Shown here in pieces: positions 63,742 to 64,000 of a stretch of 64,000 nucleotides of DNA. Both the position numbers and the translations under genes were made by a program. This DNA is from an uncultured Candidatus Micrarchaeota archaeon. Lineage in GTDB: Archaea; Micrarchaeota; Micrarchaeia; Burarchaeales; Fermentimicrarchaeaceae. The notes under the pieces were generated by a model. The model had not been told where the DNA came from. It saw only the letters and a list, made by a program, of their open reading frames with translations, and made no database searches. The stretch spans positions 3,338 through 67,337 of the forward strand of contig CAVXDX010000012.1 in NCBI GenBank assembly GCA_963760615.1, read 5' to 3'. Numbering within the stretch: position 1 is the stretch's first letter; each line of letters opens with the position of its first letter.

Positions 63742-64000
63742 ATGAAAAGAATATATCTGGACCATTCGGCAACGAGTCCGCTTGACAAGGATGTTTTTGA
63801 AGAGATGAAGCCCTACTTCAGCTTGAAGTTCGGCAACGCGTCAAGCCTCCACTCATTTGGGAGGGAAGCATACGAAGCGGTTGAGCAAGGGAGGGAGAGA
63901 GTTGCAAAAGTTCTGAACTGCAAGCCAGGTGAGGTTTTCTTCACATCAGGCGGCACGGAGGCTGATAACTGGGCACTGAAGGGTGCTGCTCTGGCAAGCA
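63742..64000 (+). CDS. Cysteine desulfurase (IscS/NifS family), 3' end beyond the window
   Basis: MKRIYLDHSATSPLDKDVFEEM...FGNASSLHSFGREA is the class V aminotransferase N-terminus. Confidence 0.75.
   Translation, partial: MKRIYLDHSATSPLDKDVFEEMKPYFSLKFGNASSLHSFGREAYEAVEQGRERVAKVLNCKPGEVFFTSGGTEADNWALKGAALAS

Overview
This is archaeal chromosomal DNA, about 50% GC, mostly densely packed single-copy core genes. There are Shine-Dalgarno-like GGAGGTGA motifs and frequent GTG/TTG starts, and the lineage is not determinable from the sequence alone. Core genes I can support: CoaBC (partial, at the window start), PurE, PurC, a UbiA-family DGGGP synthase, agmatinase, an ADP-dependent sugar kinase, a tRNA-Phe/Gly/Gly cluster, Lrp plus glutamine synthetase, tRNA-Val, a Lon-like AAA+ ATPase, archaeal DnaG primase plus a small Toprim protein, Hjc resolvase, an ECF transporter module, two adjacent class-III-signal (pilin-like) genes, CDP-alcohol phosphatidyltransferase, a PHP phosphoesterase, and a VIT-vWA membrane protein with a C-terminal wHTH. 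After that come a Hef-type helicase, tRNA-Met with a 49-nt intron, an archaeal phosphopantothenate synthetase candidate, dihydroorotase, PAP2 phosphatase, geranylgeranyl reductase with a partner ferredoxin, a beta-CASP nuclease, a DHH phosphoesterase, RNase HII, tRNA-splicing endonuclease, Taw1 (radical SAM), NAD kinase, diphthine synthase, tRNA-Cys with CysRS, SAH hydrolase, Thi4, a ferredoxin, and a cysteine desulfurase that runs off the window end.

The unusual parts are these. An accessory island of about 9 kb (roughly 24.5-33.9 kb) holds hypothetical genes that share an exactly conserved 14-nt promoter-proximal motif, plus three 18-bp GTAAC-N4-GTTAC palindromic candidate operators. It also holds a solo PIN gene, an RHH gene, a RelE/AbrB-like pair, zinc-finger and wHTH genes, and a polymerase-beta-type nucleotidyltransferase. 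Inside the island sits a compact RNase P RNA gene (about 242 nt) whose 3' 47 bp is perfectly duplicated 1.24 kb downstream. I read that as the att-like scar of a small integrated element. A 1383-aa cysteine-rich protein has a class III (prepilin-like) signal peptide and carries about 2.5 perfect 378-bp tandem DNA repeats. Three genes appear to begin at in-frame ATA codons.
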